From positions 14,200,001 through 14,264,000 of the forward strand of contig NC_087437.1 in assembly GCF_036321535.1 (NCBI RefSeq): DNA of 64,000 bases, in the 5' to 3' direction. Positions 63,868 through 64,000 of this stretch are shown piece after piece. Position 1 is the stretch's first letter; each line of letters starts with the position of its first letter. This stretch comes from Camelus dromedarius. Lineage: Eukaryota. The notes beneath the pieces are model-generated. The model saw only the letters and a list, made by a program, of their open reading frames with translations, was not told the origin of the DNA and did no database searches. Made by a program: the position numbers and the translations under genes.

Positions 63868-64000
63868 CAGCACTTCTCCAACTTTGGTCTCAGGACCCTG
63901 TAACACCCTAAAAATTGAGGACTACAAAGGACTTTTGATTATGTGGGTTATAGCTGTTGTTATTTATTATATTAGAGATCAAAGCTAAGAAACTTTAAAA
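63868..64000 (+). mobile_element. MER119-like hAT-Charlie element (runs off the window)
   Basis: cagcacttctccaactttggtctcaggaccc...aaaattgaggac...ttatgtgggttata. Confidence 0.7.

Noticed and set aside
1..64000. A multi-exon host gene or a novel multi-gene system
   Set aside because: I could not identify a chain of in-frame exons or a recognisable protein beyond retrocopy and transposon remnants. Small exons of a spanning gene could still be missed by eye.

Overview
This is repeat-rich mammalian non-coding DNA (intergenic or deep intronic), most likely from a camelid. The assignment rests on a tRNA-derived SINE of the camelid vic-1 type at 12941-13118 and several young L1 3' ends. I found no intact protein-coding gene, functional RNA gene or prokaryote-type system. 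The only host-gene-derived sequence is a processed RPL32 pseudogene at the left edge (minus strand). Much of the window is interspersed repeat: L1, L2, MIR, MaLR/ERVL/ERV1 LTRs, and hAT and mariner fossils. Family names come from recalled consensus motifs, not a database search, and boundaries of old repeats are approximate. The most notable observations are: (1) three near-identical copies of a chimeric L1 whose normal 3' terminus is replaced by an ancient L1M-type 3' end; (2) a fossil with THAP-domain-like motifs at about 34.6-35.5 kb; (3) a divergent inverted pair of same-family solo LTRs; (4) a probable L1 3' transduction; (5) a CCAAT/octamer/STAT motif cluster at 30.7-31.3 kb, close to two unusually long overlapping minus-strand ORFs. 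I cannot support a claim of a new biological system from this sequence alone.
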